Of a stretch of 64,000 nt of DNA, positions 47,754 to 58,577 are shown in pieces. The position numbers and the translations under genes were made by a program. The DNA comes from Acidimicrobiia bacterium. GTDB lineage: Bacteria; Actinomycetota; Acidimicrobiia; Spongiisociales; ZC4RG35. The DNA is taken from NCBI GenBank assembly GCA_965215185.1, contig OZ244034.1, positions 1,824,001 through 1,888,000 on the forward strand, given 5' to 3'. How positions within the stretch are numbered: position 1 is the first letter of the stretch; each line of letters starts with the position of its first letter. A model generated the notes under the pieces. It ran no database searches. It was not told the origin of the DNA and saw nothing but the letters and a program-made list of their open reading frames with translations.

Positions 47754-48935
47754 ATGGTGGCCTGGAACTTTGTCGAAAAAGCGGTGAGGGAAGTCCTTGA
47801 TGAGGTGACCACGTTGCGCAGGACCCTTCATCGTTATCCCGAGTTGTCCCATTCGGAGTATCGAACCACCGCTCTGTTGGCCGATGCGCTCGCCGACCAC
47901 GGTATCGACGTTCGGGTTCGTCAGCCTTCTCGGACCGGTTTGGTCGCTGAGATCGGATCGGGTGGTCCTGTGGCAGCTTGGCGCTGCGATCTCGACGGAC
48001 TGCCCATCCAGGAGCCGACCGGCAACCTGCACTCCTCCAAGAATCCGGGGGTAATGCACGCCTGCGGGCATGACGCTCATGCCGCCATCGGCTTTGGGGT
48101 GGCAGCCGCTCTCAACAGGATTCCGGATCTGGGGGGCAGAGTCCGGATCGTTTTTCAGCACTCTGAGGAGTCCGGTCCCAGCGGAGCGGCGGAGATGTTG
48201 GAGGAGGGGGTGATGGAAGATGTGGTGGCCATAGCCGCGCTGCATGTCGATACGTCTCTGCAAGTGGGGAAAGTGGGGTTGAAGAAGGGTCCTATCACCA
48301 GTTCTGCCGATCTGATTCGGATAGTGTTGACCGGACCGGGGGGTCACACCGCCCGGCCTCACCTGACCACCGATCTTCTGTACGCGGCGGGAAGGGTGCT
48401 CACCGACCTTCCCGGTCTGCTGGGTCGCCTGGTCGACCCGCGATTGCCTCTTTCTTTGACCTTCGGTGCTATTCAGGGAGGAACTGCGGAGAACGTGATC
48501 CCCACTGAGGTGGTGATCCGAGGCACCTGCCGGACCTCCGACCCTGATCTGCGCCGCCGTCTTCCGCAACTGGTGCCCAGTCTTATCGAGCAGATAACGA
48601 TGCCCACCGGCGCAATCGCCCGCACCGATTGGCGGCCTATGCTGGGGCCGGTCTCCAACCACCCCTCCACAGTCGATGTCCTGCGACGATCTCTTTCGAA
48701 GATGCTGGACGCCGAAGCGGTGGCGGACACGTTCACCTCGCTTGGAGCCGAGGACTTCTCCCACTACCTCGACCATGCGCCGGGGGCGTTGATTCGCTTG
48801 GGCGCCCGGGGAGAGGGGCCGTCGAGGGATCTTCACTCGGCATGGTTCGAGATAGACGAAGAGTGCCTGCCGGTGGGAGTCAAGGTGGGCGTGGCCTCGA
48901 TGCTGGGCCTGTTGTCGCAACCGATCGACGACTAG
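47754..48935 (+). CDS. M20-family amidohydrolase
   Basis: 'LHRYPELS', 'MHACGHDAH', 'GGHTARPH', 'AEDFS'. Confidence 0.92.
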   Translation: MVAWNFVEKAVREVLDEVTTLRRTLHRYPELSHSEYRTTALLADALADHGIDVRVRQPSRTGLVAEIGSGGPVAAWRCDLDGLPIQEPTGNLHSSKNPGVMHACGHDAHAAIGFGVAAALNRIPDLGGRVRIVFQHSEESGPSGAAEMLEEGVMEDVVAIAALHVDTSLQVGKVGLKKGPITSSADLIRIVLTGPGGHTARPHLTTDLLYAAGRVLTDLPGLLGRLVDPRLPLSLTFGAIQGGTAENVIPTEVVIRGTCRTSDPDLRRRLPQLVPSLIEQITMPTGAIARTDWRPMLGPVSNHPSTVDVLRRSLSKMLDAEAVADTFTSLGAEDFSHYLDHAPGALIRLGARGEGPSRDLHSAWFEIDEECLPVGVKVGVASMLGLLSQPIDD

Positions 48936-49087
48936 GCCGGGCTCCTGTTTCTGGGATCTACCGGCGGGTGGTTGACCGCAGCCACCCGGGAATGTCGTTG
49001 CAGATCGATCGATGGGCTAGATAAGTCAACGCTATGTAGCTGTTGCTAGTGTTAGTTGTATCACACCCCGGTAGTACAGTGGTAGGT

Positions 49088-49336
49088 GTGAAAGAAACCA
49101 CGGTGAATGCGTTTTCCCGAAACCGGGCTCGGTTTGTGCCACCTTCGATACCGGTGGGGGATGCCAGTTTGGAGGGATTGCAGGAGCGGATGCGTTCCGC
49201 CAGTCAGGTGGAGGCGGAGCCCGCGGCGGCCGCGGCGGACACACCGGCCTCGCCGCCCACGCCGCAAACCGACCACCAAACTCCTACTGTGAAACATCCC
49301 TCGCGCTGGCGCATCTCAGGAACAGCGTCAGACTGA
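49088..49336 (+). CDS. Small hypothetical protein
   Basis: GTG 7 nt after TACAGT (-10), preceded by TATCAC-N10; leaderless-type arrangement. Confidence 0.4.
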   Translation: MKETTVNAFSRNRARFVPPSIPVGDASLEGLQERMRSASQVEAEPAAAAADTPASPPTPQTDHQTPTVKHPSRWRISGTASD

Positions 49337-49349
49337 GACCGATAGGGGG

Positions 49350-50378
49350 TCAGTCATCCAGGAGACGGAACCCCTGAGCGATCAGATCCCGGCGCAGACT
49401 GTGCGCCTCATCCGGTCGAACCGAGAGGGTGAGCACTCCCCCACCTCCGTGAGTAGCGTGTCGCAGTTGCAGGTCCCGCAAATCCACCCCGCTGGCGGCC
49501 AATGCCTGCCCCACCCGGGCGATCTCTCCCGGTTGGTCCTCCAGGAGCACCCCGAGCCCTTTTTCTGGCGGGGCGAGTGCGGCGCGGGTGCGGCGCGCCG
49601 AATCCAATAGGCCGGAGACCCATGGCAACTCCACCTCCTCCAGATGGTTAGCCCAGTCTTCCAACCCGGCCGATAGGTCTCGTATCACCGAGACCAGCGG
49701 ACGCCGGTTGGCCATCAGCAAATCCCCCCACCAGTCCGAACTGGACAAAGCGACCCTGGTGAGGTCACGGAATCCTCCCGCCACCATCGCATCGGCGGAT
49801 CGGCCGGCAGTGGCCAGTTGGTCGATCAGGGTGGCGGCCAGAACCATGGGAAGGTGGCTGACCAAGGCCACTATGTGGTCGTGGCGCGCAGCTGTCATCT
49901 CCACCGGCTGGGCTCCCAGCGTTCGAACCACCTCCGCCACCGCCTGACGATCTGTCGAAGCGGTGTTATCGGTGGTCAACACCCAGGTGGCGCCGCGGAA
50001 CAGGTCCCCACTGGCACCGAGAGGTCCCGCAACTTCTCGGCCCGCCATGGGATGGCCTCCCACGAACCGGGCAAGACCCGAAGCAGCCGCCACCACCGGC
50101 TGTTTGATGCCCGCCACATCGGTGACCAAGGCCTCGGTCGCCAAGTCCGAAAGCAGATTGGTGGTGACCTTGGGCGGAGCCGCCAAAATCACCAGGTCCA
50201 CACCATCCACCGCGTCGGAGAGGCTAGGCGCCTGTGTGGAGATGGCCCCGATTCTGGCCGCTTGCGCCAGATGGTCGGAGTTGGTGTCCCACCCGCGCAC
50301 CTCCCACCCCTTTACAGAGAGTCCGATACCGATCGAAGCGCCGATCAGGCCAGTGCCGACAACCGCGACCGACCGCAT
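49350..50378 (-). CDS. tyrA: Prephenate/arogenate dehydrogenase with ACT domain
   Basis: 'GTGLIGAS', 'GGHPMAG', 'HD..VA.VSHLP', 'GFRDLTR', 'DQPGEIA'. Confidence 0.92.
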   Translation of the reverse strand: MRSVAVVGTGLIGASIGIGLSVKGWEVRGWDTNSDHLAQAARIGAISTQAPSLSDAVDGVDLVILAAPPKVTTNLLSDLATEALVTDVAGIKQPVVAAASGLARFVGGHPMAGREVAGPLGASGDLFRGATWVLTTDNTASTDRQAVAEVVRTLGAQPVEMTAARHDHIVALVSHLPMVLAATLIDQLATAGRSADAMVAGGFRDLTRVALSSSDWWGDLLMANRRPLVSVIRDLSAGLEDWANHLEEVELPWVSGLLDSARRTRAALAPPEKGLGVLLEDQPGEIARVGQALAASGVDLRDLQLRHATHGGGGVLTLSVRPDEAHSLRRDLIAQGFRLLDD

Positions 50379-51392
50379 CTAGAGAGGAATGCGCATGGCT
50401 TCGGCTATCACCTCGATACTGCTCATCAGTTCAGCGAACTCGTGAGGGAGGATCGCTTGGGCGCCGTCAACCAGAGCTGTTTCGGGAGTGGGATGGACAT
50501 CGATCATTATCCCGTCCGCTCCCACCGCCAAAGCCGCTCTGGAAAGGGGCGCCACCAATTGTCTTTTGCCCGACGCGTGGGAGGGATCGACGATCACCGG
50601 AAGATGGGATAGTTCTTTGAGGAGCGGAACTGCCGTGATGTCGAGAGTGTTGCGAGAGGCGGTCTCGAAAGTGCGGATACCCCGCTCAGCCATCAGAATC
50701 TCCTGATTTCCCTCTTTAAAGATGTATTCGGCGGCGTTCAGCCATTCCTCCAAAGTGGCGGTGAAGCCCCGCTTGAGCATCACCGGGGTCTTGGTGCGGC
50801 CCACTTCGGTAAGGAGGGCAAAGTTGGACATATTCCGGGTTCCGATCCGGACCATGTCGGCGTATCCGGCCACCAGTTCCACGTCTCGGGGATCCAGCAC
50901 CTCGGCCACGAACGGCATGTCAAATTCCTCGCGGGCCTCGGCCAAGAGCATCAGCCCCTTTTCCTTCAAACCCTGAAAGGAGAACGGAGAAGTGCGCGGC
51001 TTGAAGGCGTCTCCCCGCAACACCGTGGCGCCCGCCTCTCTCACGGCCTCGGCGGTTTGGAACAATACGTCCCGAGATTCCACGGCACACGGTCCCGCGA
51101 TAGCAGTAAACGACCCGTCGCCGATCCTCACCCCCCGGATCTCGATCACTGTGTTCGCCTCCTGGAACTCCCGGCTCACCAGCTTGAAAGGCCTCATCAC
51201 CGGTACGGCCTTCTCCACACCACCCAGCGCCTCCAGGGGCAATTGCAGAATCTGCTGACGATCACCCACTGCTCCTATGACAGTCCGGAAACGTCCCACC
51301 GACACATGAGCCTCACAATCTATAGACTGAAGCCGGTTCACAACGACCTGAACCTGTTCGTCGGTAGCGTCTTGTCTCATCACGATGATCAT
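50379..51392 (-). CDS. aroF: DAHP synthase (class I-beta)
   Basis: 'IAGPCAVES', 'FKPRTSP', 'ERGIRTFE', 'DPSH'. Confidence 0.94.
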   Translation of the reverse strand: MIIVMRQDATDEQVQVVVNRLQSIDCEAHVSVGRFRTVIGAVGDRQQILQLPLEALGGVEKAVPVMRPFKLVSREFQEANTVIEIRGVRIGDGSFTAIAGPCAVESRDVLFQTAEAVREAGATVLRGDAFKPRTSPFSFQGLKEKGLMLLAEAREEFDMPFVAEVLDPRDVELVAGYADMVRIGTRNMSNFALLTEVGRTKTPVMLKRGFTATLEEWLNAAEYIFKEGNQEILMAERGIRTFETASRNTLDITAVPLLKELSHLPVIVDPSHASGKRQLVAPLSRAALAVGADGIMIDVHPTPETALVDGAQAILPHEFAELMSSIEVIAEAMRIPL

Positions 51393-51549
51393 CGGCGATC
51401 CCTTTTCGTCAATCTGTCTCCAATATTACGGCTCCACAAACTACCGAGAGTCGTTGAATCACCTCGCCGGAGCGCAGGACGGTGATCGCGAAGTATTCCG
51501 AAGGCCTGACCGAACCCTGCGTCCGGTGGTCCGGTAACCTCTTTCCGAT

Positions 51550-52104
51550 ATGTCCATTGATATCGCCGGATTCATTCACAACGTCAAAGAACACGCGATC
51601 AAACACGCCTTTCATATTCACGACGAGCGACACTTTGTGGAGACCTATTCGCTTCGCCAATCCTGGGAGGTGGACCTACATCCCGCCGAGTCCTGCAACC
51701 TGCCCATCGACCTGCACCTGTCGTTGGATGTTGAACCCCGGGCGCTGTTGGCCCTGCTCGACCGCCTGGAAGAGATGGACGACGACTTCGAGGAACCAGA
51801 AGACATATATCAGATGCACATGTACTTCAACTGGTCGGTTCCTCCGCTCACCAATCCGCCGGATTTGTTAGTGCTGGCCACCGATCTGGCCGGAGTGGGC
51901 GACATCCCGCTCCCCATCGAAGTGCAGGCCATCGACTCCTACGCTCCCCTGGGCCCTCCCACTCAACGGCGTCTGATGATCACCGGCACCGTTCACATCT
52001 CCATGGTCGACGTGGTGATGGGACGCGAACAGCTGTGCGAAACCTTGGACCTGGCCAAAGAGGTAAGCGTCTATTTGGCCGACCATATCGAAGCCTGGGT
52101 TTAA
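51550..52104 (+). CDS. Hypothetical protein
   Basis: 184-aa ORF with strong GC3 bias. Confidence 0.75.
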   Translation: MSIDIAGFIHNVKEHAIKHAFHIHDERHFVETYSLRQSWEVDLHPAESCNLPIDLHLSLDVEPRALLALLDRLEEMDDDFEEPEDIYQMHMYFNWSVPPLTNPPDLLVLATDLAGVGDIPLPIEVQAIDSYAPLGPPTQRRLMITGTVHISMVDVVMGREQLCETLDLAKEVSVYLADHIEAWV

Positions 52105-52116
52105 GGGAGGGAGGGA

Positions 52117-53529
52117 GGGACTTATATACCTGAGTACCCGAGGGTGCTCTGATACTGTATCTGTGTCGTCTGCCTGCCGTTTCGCCCCGAAGAGCTCGCC
52201 GGTCTTACAGCAGAGGTTTGTATAGCGCGACACATCGGCTGACAGTCCCGGCCGATCCCGAGGTTCCCGGTGGGGAAAGCCTCGGGCGCATATGTTTCTT
52301 GCGGCGGTGTGGTCTCTGCACATGATGAGACCGCACCCTCCGCACTCGTACACTCGCACAGACAGAGGCATGCTCTGTCTGTGACCGCAGCACGAGCAGT
52401 CCGTGGAGGTGTGTGACGGGTTTACTCTCACATACGGGACACCAGTTTTCCAGGCTTTGTGTGCCAGTATCTGACAGAGAGTCTCCCATCTTTGTTCGGA
52501 CATCTTCTTGGAGAACCTCTTGGATCTGAGCATTCCCCCCACGTTCAAGCCCTCCACCGCCATGCCGTCGTGGGCGCTCACCAACTGGTGGGCTAGGCGG
52601 AAGTCGGCCTGTCGGGCTCGTTCCTTTTCTCTGCGCCACACCTTGGCGTGAGCCGCCACCTTCTTGCGGCGTGAGAGGGAACCTTTCTTCGATCTGCTGA
52701 TCTGGCGCTGGGTTCTCCTTATAGCGGAGCGATCCACCACTGGAGCGGGGATGCTCCGCCCGTTCGAGGTGGGAAGGCGGATGTGCAGTCCCAGGTCTAT
52801 ACCCACCGGATGTTGCGGCTCCTTCTCGGCCATGGGGCGGTGCGGGTGTCTCAGCACCACCTGCACCTCGGTTCTCAGAGGAGTGCGCACCACTCGCAGT
52901 TCCACCACCATGGCGCCGAGACCGAGCGCGGTAGCGAGTCGGTTGCTCCGGTCGGAGAACCGCAACCGAGGTACACCCTTCACCTGCAATCTCCACCATC
53001 GTTCCGATTGGTTGTTGCCGGTACCGGGCGCACAGACCATGGATGGGGTCGGATCGGGTATCTCTATGGAACGCCAACGGTGCGAAGGCTTGAAGCGCGG
53101 ATACCCCCGGGCCTTCCTCCTTCTTTGCACCTGCGATAGAAGGCGGCTCTGGCCCTGTCAAAACGGCGGATGACCCCTCTGCCTACCTTGACGGACAGCC
53201 GGTTCCACTCCGCAAGATCCTCGCGGACCCCGGTGAACTGCTTTATCAAGTCCTACTTGGATTGGTTCAGTTCGGAAGGGAACGTCTCCGTTTCCAGATT
53301 ATGGTGTTCCTTCCACCATGAGTATGCGCCTTTCCACGACTCCAGGCAGGCGTTGTACATCTCGGCGCACATTCCGAAAATCTCCGTGAGCCTGCGGTGC
53401 TGGGAGGGTGAACACTTGGCGGGCAGGTGCATGGCCTGAAACCAAACATCCATAGGGTGTCAGCGTACCCAGAGGGTGTGACACTCTTTGCGCGTTAGGA
53501 GCCCGTGGGCAATCAGGTATACAAGTCCC
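52117..53529 (-). mobile_element. E3: diverged TIR-bounded tnpB element (1413 bp), no TSD
   Basis: TIRs GGGACTTATATACCTGAGTACCC (52117) and GGGCAATCAGGTATACAAGTCCC (ending 53529). Confidence 0.9.
52122..53453 (-). pseudogene. tnpB: tnpB with a nonsense codon (53253) and a frameshift (~53110)
   Basis: 'MYNACLESWKG', 'GYPRFK', 'VGIDLG', 'MAVEGL', 'CRDHTAARNI' spread over three ORFs. Confidence 0.88.
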
Positions 53530-53639
53530 CTTCAAAGCCATCCGCACCCTGCGGTGCTGTCCAGTTGCGCTTTGACCGACGGATCGGTGGTGGCGGGGGT
53601 GGGCCCTACGGGGGAGGAAACTAGGTGGTTTTTCGCGGG

Positions 53640-54608
53640 TTAGGGATAGCCGAACTGGGGTTGCAGTCCTACAACCTTGGGTCCGTCCTCTTCCATCTCC
53701 AAGAACACCAGCCAGGTGGACCAATCGAGTCCGCCCAGGGTCTCGTCATCTCCGGGGTCGTGTATGGCTACCCATGGGAAGTTGGCGAACGCCGAAGAAA
53801 TCGCCGATCCGGGCAGCACCGCATTGGAGCCCAACGGGAGGGCGCCCACCTCGATCGTCATGTCCTCGTCCAGGTAATCAGAGAGGAAGGCATCGGAGAT
53901 CACTTCCTTCCAGGATCCCACCGTGGCGGCCCCCTCGCTGGCCGAAGCTCCGGTGTTCGACCACTTCAAATCGGTGTCGTCGGAGGCCAATGTGCCTAGC
54001 TCCTCCGGTGTCCAGCGCCGCAAGTTGTCGTCAAAATAGATAGCGAACAGACCCCTCCAGGACACGCTGTCGGCCAAGCCTTCTCCCAGCACCAAAGCGT
54101 TGGCGAATCGGTCGAGAGCCGAACTCCATTCCCACTCCTGTTCGACCTCCGACGGCGTCCAAATCTCGGTCAGGTAATAGCCGTAGGCCCATCCCTGGAA
54201 ATCCGCAGTTCTCACTTCGTGCCAAATCCGGCCCTCGTCCACTTCGACAGCGCCGGTGGCGACCAGCTCCGCCTGAGCCGGCGCAAGCTCGCCGACGACG
54301 GGATTCTGGGTTCCCGGATCTCCCCGGACGTTCAATTTGTTGTTTGACTCACCGGGCGCAAGCACCACCACCCCCAGGCTTCGGCGAGGGATGGTGGTGG
54401 TGGTAGTGGGCGCGGCGGTGGAAGCAACCGTGGCTTGATCCGTTGTGTCGGGTGCCGCATTTGCGTCTGCTGCACCTTCCGAAGTGGTGGTGGCTTCACC
54501 ATTGGAGCCTTCTGCATCGTCGCCTCCGCATGCCGCCAGCACCAGAGTCATCAGCACCATCACCCACAGAAGTCGGCGAGGCACGGTCTGCGATGCAGTA
54601 TGGGACAT
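53640..54608 (-). CDS. Lipoprotein with bacterial SH3-like domain
   Basis: Lipobox 'LAAC'; 'LNVRGDPG...WHEV...GWAYGYYL'. Confidence 0.8.
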   Translation of the reverse strand: MSHTASQTVPRRLLWVMVLMTLVLAACGGDDAEGSNGEATTTSEGAADANAAPDTTDQATVASTAAPTTTTTIPRRSLGVVVLAPGESNNKLNVRGDPGTQNPVVGELAPAQAELVATGAVEVDEGRIWHEVRTADFQGWAYGYYLTEIWTPSEVEQEWEWSSALDRFANALVLGEGLADSVSWRGLFAIYFDDNLRRWTPEELGTLASDDTDLKWSNTGASASEGAATVGSWKEVISDAFLSDYLDEDMTIEVGALPLGSNAVLPGSAISSAFANFPWVAIHDPGDDETLGGLDWSTWLVFLEMEEDGPKVVGLQPQFGYP

Positions 54609-54722
54609 ACCAATTCAGATTAGCACCCAGCCGGAACGTATTTCCTGTCAAAAACATGCTTTTATGAAGTCAGCGCCCTCCGTTGCATTACCAGGGTCGC
54701 CCTCCGGTCGCGTAGACACTCG

Positions 54723-55571
54723 CTAGGGCTGCTCGCCCCTCTCCAGCCGCCGGTTGATGTCACTCACCACCTCCACCAATTCCAACGGCTCGTCGATCAC
54801 ATAATGAGCGCCAGCCTCCCGCAGCAATCGACGGGTGTTTGCCAAACGCCGGGCCACCTGCGCCGACGACCACGACTCCGCCTGCTCCAAGGTGTCGGCG
54901 TTCATGTAATTGCTGTATCGGGCGATCCCCACCGTCCAGCATCCCGCCGACAAGCCCTCCTCCACTCCCGAGACCGTGTCGTCCACCTTGACCACCGACT
55001 GAATGGGGTGCACATCGAGCAGCTCCAGATTGCGATACAGCATGAAGGGGCGGGGACGGCTGCCATGAGCCACCTCGTCACCCGTCACGGTGCAATCGGG
55101 GTAAAAGCCCTGTTGGCGGGCGTGCTCCAAGAGGACATTCACCATGGATCGCAAGAACCCGGTGGTCATGCCGATCTTTACGCCGAGGTCACCCTGCAAC
55201 TTCTCCGCCATTTCCACCACGCCCGGCAGGAGTTGGGCGTACTCGGGAAGACATTCGATCTGACGCGGCTCGAACTCTTCGAACAGCGACTGAGCGTCAC
55301 TGTCACCGGGTTCTGTGCCGTGGGTGGCCATCCATCGTTCTCTGATGACAGGATCTTCCAGCAGCCTTCTGATATGCAGATCCTTGGACAAACCCATCGG
55401 ACCCCGCGCCCGTCCCATACTTATCTCCACACCCCTGGTTTTGAACACCTCCACAAAAGTCCGGGCCGGGGCCATCACATAGGCGTCACAAACGGTTCCG
55501 CTCCAATCAAGGATTGCCCCACGAACCGGGCCACGGAACTCTCGGGCCAAAGGTGATTCGAACTTCCACAT
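54723..55571 (-). CDS. phnX: Phosphonoacetaldehyde hydrolase (HAD family)
   Basis: 'LDWSGT', 'RGPMGLSK..HI', 'VKVDDTVSGVEEG..AGCWTVG', 'GAHYVID'. Confidence 0.88.
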   Translation of the reverse strand: MWKFESPLAREFRGPVRGAILDWSGTVCDAYVMAPARTFVEVFKTRGVEISMGRARGPMGLSKDLHIRRLLEDPVIRERWMATHGTEPGDSDAQSLFEEFEPRQIECLPEYAQLLPGVVEMAEKLQGDLGVKIGMTTGFLRSMVNVLLEHARQQGFYPDCTVTGDEVAHGSRPRPFMLYRNLELLDVHPIQSVVKVDDTVSGVEEGLSAGCWTVGIARYSNYMNADTLEQAESWSSAQVARRLANTRRLLREAGAHYVIDEPLELVEVVSDINRRLERGEQP

Positions 55572-55586
55572 TGCCTTTACCAGGGA

Positions 55587-55704
55587 GCCGATCGGAGCGA
55601 ACAATTCGTAATCAACATTTCCTCTATAAGTCTGCCAATCGGAGCGAACAATTCGTAATCAACATTTCCTCTATAAGTCTGCCAATCGGAGCGAACGATT
55701 CGTA
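55587..55704. repeat. 47-bp tandem repeat, ~2.5 copies
   Basis: ATCGGAGCGAACAATTCGTAATCAACATTTCCTCTATAAGTCTGCCA units starting at 55591, 55638 and 55685. Confidence 0.95.
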
Positions 55705-55719
55705 GTATTGTCCCGTCCC

Positions 55720-56496
55720 ATGTCGGAGACTGTTCAACTATTCGTCACTTGCGTTATCGACGCCATCTTTCCGCAAGTCGGCCGCGACGTTGTTGAGGAG
55801 TTGGAAAGAAATGGTGTAACCGTTGAATTTCCCGAGGACCAGACCTGCTGCGGCCAGCCGGCCTACAACGCCGGGCATCTTCGGGAGGCATCCGAGGTGC
55901 TGGTCCACAATCTGGAGGTTCTGGACCGCACCGAAGGGCCCATAGTGATTCCCTCCGGATCCTGCACCGACTTCATCATGCATCACGGCCCGCGGGTGGC
56001 CGCCGATATTCCGGGCAGGGCCGACATTGCCAAGCGGGTGGCGGCTCGCATCCGCGAGTTCACGTCTTATCTTGTCGAAAAGCGGCGAGAAATCGCCAGC
56101 GAGGGGACCGCAGACGAAAGCGGGGACAACGGAGAGCGGCGGCGGGCCTACTACCACCCTTCCTGCCACGCTCTGCGCGGCCTGGGTCTGCGCCGAGAGG
56201 GGGAAATGCTGTTGGAATCGGTGAAGGGGGTGGAACGGGTTGAACTCGAGGGTGCCGAGGAATGCTGTGGATTCGGTGGCCTGTTCGCATTGGAGATGCC
56301 CGAAATCTCCGCCAAGATCATGAACACCAAGCTGGATCGACTGGAGAACGGGGAAGTGCAGATGCTGGTGGGCGCCGACGTGGCCTGCCTCATGCACATG
56401 GAAGGGGGCCTTCGTCGCCGCAAGAACCCCATGCAGGTGCTGCACATCGCCTCGGCGCTGGCCGGTGGCCGGGCCGTTGATGGAGAATACCAATGA
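55720..56496 (+). CDS. lutA: Lactate utilization protein A (CCG domains)
   Basis: 'QTCCGQPAYNAG', 'SGSC', 'ECCGFGG'. Confidence 0.9.
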   Translation: MSETVQLFVTCVIDAIFPQVGRDVVEELERNGVTVEFPEDQTCCGQPAYNAGHLREASEVLVHNLEVLDRTEGPIVIPSGSCTDFIMHHGPRVAADIPGRADIAKRVAARIREFTSYLVEKRREIASEGTADESGDNGERRRAYYHPSCHALRGLGLRREGEMLLESVKGVERVELEGAEECCGFGGLFALEMPEISAKIMNTKLDRLENGEVQMLVGADVACLMHMEGGLRRRKNPMQVLHIASALAGGRAVDGEYQ

Positions 56497-57896
56497 GCCA
56501 GCCGGTTACCTTCCGCCGTCGCGCCATTGAAGAGATGGCCACTTCCAAACCCGCGGCGGTGGACCGGGCAGCGCGCCGGTTTACCGACAAACGCCAATGG
56601 GCGGTGAACGATTTCGCAGCCATGGAGGAAACCCGCGACCGGGGCCGGGAGATCCGCCTTCACACCCTGGCCAACCTGCACCGCTACCTCGACCAATTCG
56701 CCGACTCGGTGGAACGCGCCGGAGGGCAGGTGCTGTGGGCCGCCGACGCGGCTGAGGCCAACCAGCAGATCGCCGAGTTGATAGCCAGGAAAAAGGGTTC
56801 GCTGGTGATCAAATCCAAATCGATGGTCACCGAAGAACTCGGACTCCTCCACCATCTGGAAAACGAGGGCCACACCGTGGTGGAGACCGATCTGGGAGAG
56901 TTCATCGTCCAGATCGCCAAGGACCATCCGTCCCACATCATCGCGCCGGTCATGCACCTCACCCGCCAGGACATCGGCGCCCTTTTCCAACAGGAACTGG
57001 GATTTCCCTATTCGGAGGACCCGGCTGATCTAACCCAGATGGCCCGCCGGCACCTACGACGATTTTTCCTCTCCGCCGATGTGGGGATCTCGGGAGTGAA
57101 CATGGGAGTGGCCGAGACCGGATCGATAATCACCATCACCAACGAGGGCAACGGCTGGCTGACCACCGCCGCGCCCCGGTTGCACATCGCGGTGATGGGC
57201 ATGGAGCGCCTGGTTCCCACTATGAATGACGCGGCCACCATCGTGGAGATACTGGCTCGGTCGGCCACGGGTCAACGGCTGAGCGTCTACACCAATGTGG
57301 TGACCGGCCCGAGAAGACCGGGCGACCCGGACGGGCCGGACGAGATGGCGGTGGTGATCGTGGACAACGGGCGCAGCCTCGTGTTGGAAAGCGACGCCTC
57401 CGAGATCCTGGCCTGCATCCGGTGCGGCGCCTGCCTGAACGTCTGCCCTGTGTTCCGGGAGGTGGGGGGTCACGCCTACGGACAGGTGTATCCCGGTCCG
57501 GTGGGGGCGGTGCTGGCGCCCGGGCTGGCCGACTTCAAGGATCATTTGGACCTGCCCTATGCCTCCAGCCTGTGCGGAGCGTGCCGGGAGGTATGCCCGG
57601 TGCGTATCGACATCCCCAAGCTCCTGGTCAACCAACGCGTTCGAGCCACCAAGGAAAACGATCCGTTCCGGTGGATGGGCCCGGGACTGGCCGTTTACCG
57701 CCAAGCCGGCAAGCGCCCGCTGCTGTGGAAATCGTTGCTGGCCGCCGGGCGAATGGCCGGGCGGGTAAAGAAAGAAGGCGAGTGGTTCCACCGCCTGCCC
57801 TTCCAAAGCAAAGGGTGGACCGACAGCCGCGACTTTCCCCCACCGGCGAAACAGTCCTTCCGGCAATGGTGGAAAGAAAGCCGCGATGGAACGTAG
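56493..57896 (+). CDS. lutB: Lactate utilization protein B (Fe-S)
   Basis: 'KSKSMVTEE', 'ETDLGE', 'NEGN', 'CIRCGACLNVCP'. Confidence 0.93.
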   Translation: MSQPVTFRRRAIEEMATSKPAAVDRAARRFTDKRQWAVNDFAAMEETRDRGREIRLHTLANLHRYLDQFADSVERAGGQVLWAADAAEANQQIAELIARKKGSLVIKSKSMVTEELGLLHHLENEGHTVVETDLGEFIVQIAKDHPSHIIAPVMHLTRQDIGALFQQELGFPYSEDPADLTQMARRHLRRFFLSADVGISGVNMGVAETGSIITITNEGNGWLTTAAPRLHIAVMGMERLVPTMNDAATIVEILARSATGQRLSVYTNVVTGPRRPGDPDGPDEMAVVIVDNGRSLVLESDASEILACIRCGACLNVCPVFREVGGHAYGQVYPGPVGAVLAPGLADFKDHLDLPYASSLCGACREVCPVRIDIPKLLVNQRVRATKENDPFRWMGPGLAVYRQAGKRPLLWKSLLAAGRMAGRVKKEGEWFHRLPFQSKGWTDSRDFPPPAKQSFRQWWKESRDGT

Positions 57897-58539
57897 CCAG
57901 TTCCTGAAGCGGATCGAACAGGCCCTCGGCTCCGATTCCCTGCCCGGGCTTCCCGCCCGCCATCCCGACCACCACCTCCCCCACCTGGAAGAGGTGGACC
58001 TGACCACTCATTTCATAGCCGCCTTCGAGCTGCTGGACGGGATAGTCCATCACGGATCGCCTCTGGACGTGATCACCCGGATCATGGAAGACCGCGGAAC
58101 CCGGGAGTACCTGGCCTGGGACCAGGAGCACCTTCCCAGCGAGGGCCTGTTAGACGCTCTGGGACAGAAGGGATACCGGCGGAAGGGAACCGTCCTGCCA
58201 TCCGACCCCGATGGTCGTATCCCCCACCAGATGGGCTACATGGACGCCGAGGTTGGGATCTCCGCGGCGATGGCCGCCCTGGCCGAGTCCGGCTCGGTGG
58301 TGGTGACTTCGGGACCCGGGCGTTCTCGTTTGGCCTCGGTGATCCCCGCCGTTCACATAGTGCTGGTGCCCACCAGGCTGATCTTTCGCTCGCTATCCCA
58401 TTGGGCGGCGCAGGTTGAATCACCCGATCAGTTGGCGAACATCATGGTCATAACCGGACCCAGCCGCACCGGCGACATCGAACTCACCCTCACCAAAGCA
58501 GTGCACGGACCCGGCGACATCCACGCCGTTCTGCTGTAG
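57886..58539 (+). CDS. lutC: Lactate utilization protein C (LUD domain)
   Basis: 'ALAESGS', 'ITGPSRTGDIE...VHGP'. Confidence 0.9.
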   Translation: MERSQFLKRIEQALGSDSLPGLPARHPDHHLPHLEEVDLTTHFIAAFELLDGIVHHGSPLDVITRIMEDRGTREYLAWDQEHLPSEGLLDALGQKGYRRKGTVLPSDPDGRIPHQMGYMDAEVGISAAMAALAESGSVVVTSGPGRSRLASVIPAVHIVLVPTRLIFRSLSHWAAQVESPDQLANIMVITGPSRTGDIELTLTKAVHGPGDIHAVLL

Positions 58540-58577
58540 GCGCCACCCCGTCCTCCTCAAGCTCCCGGGGTGTTTCA

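Noticed and set aside
55587-55704. CRISPR array or LexA boxes
   Set aside because: The would-be spacers are identical (plain tandem repeat), no cas genes are present, and CGAA-N3-TTCG does not match GAAC-N4-GTTC.
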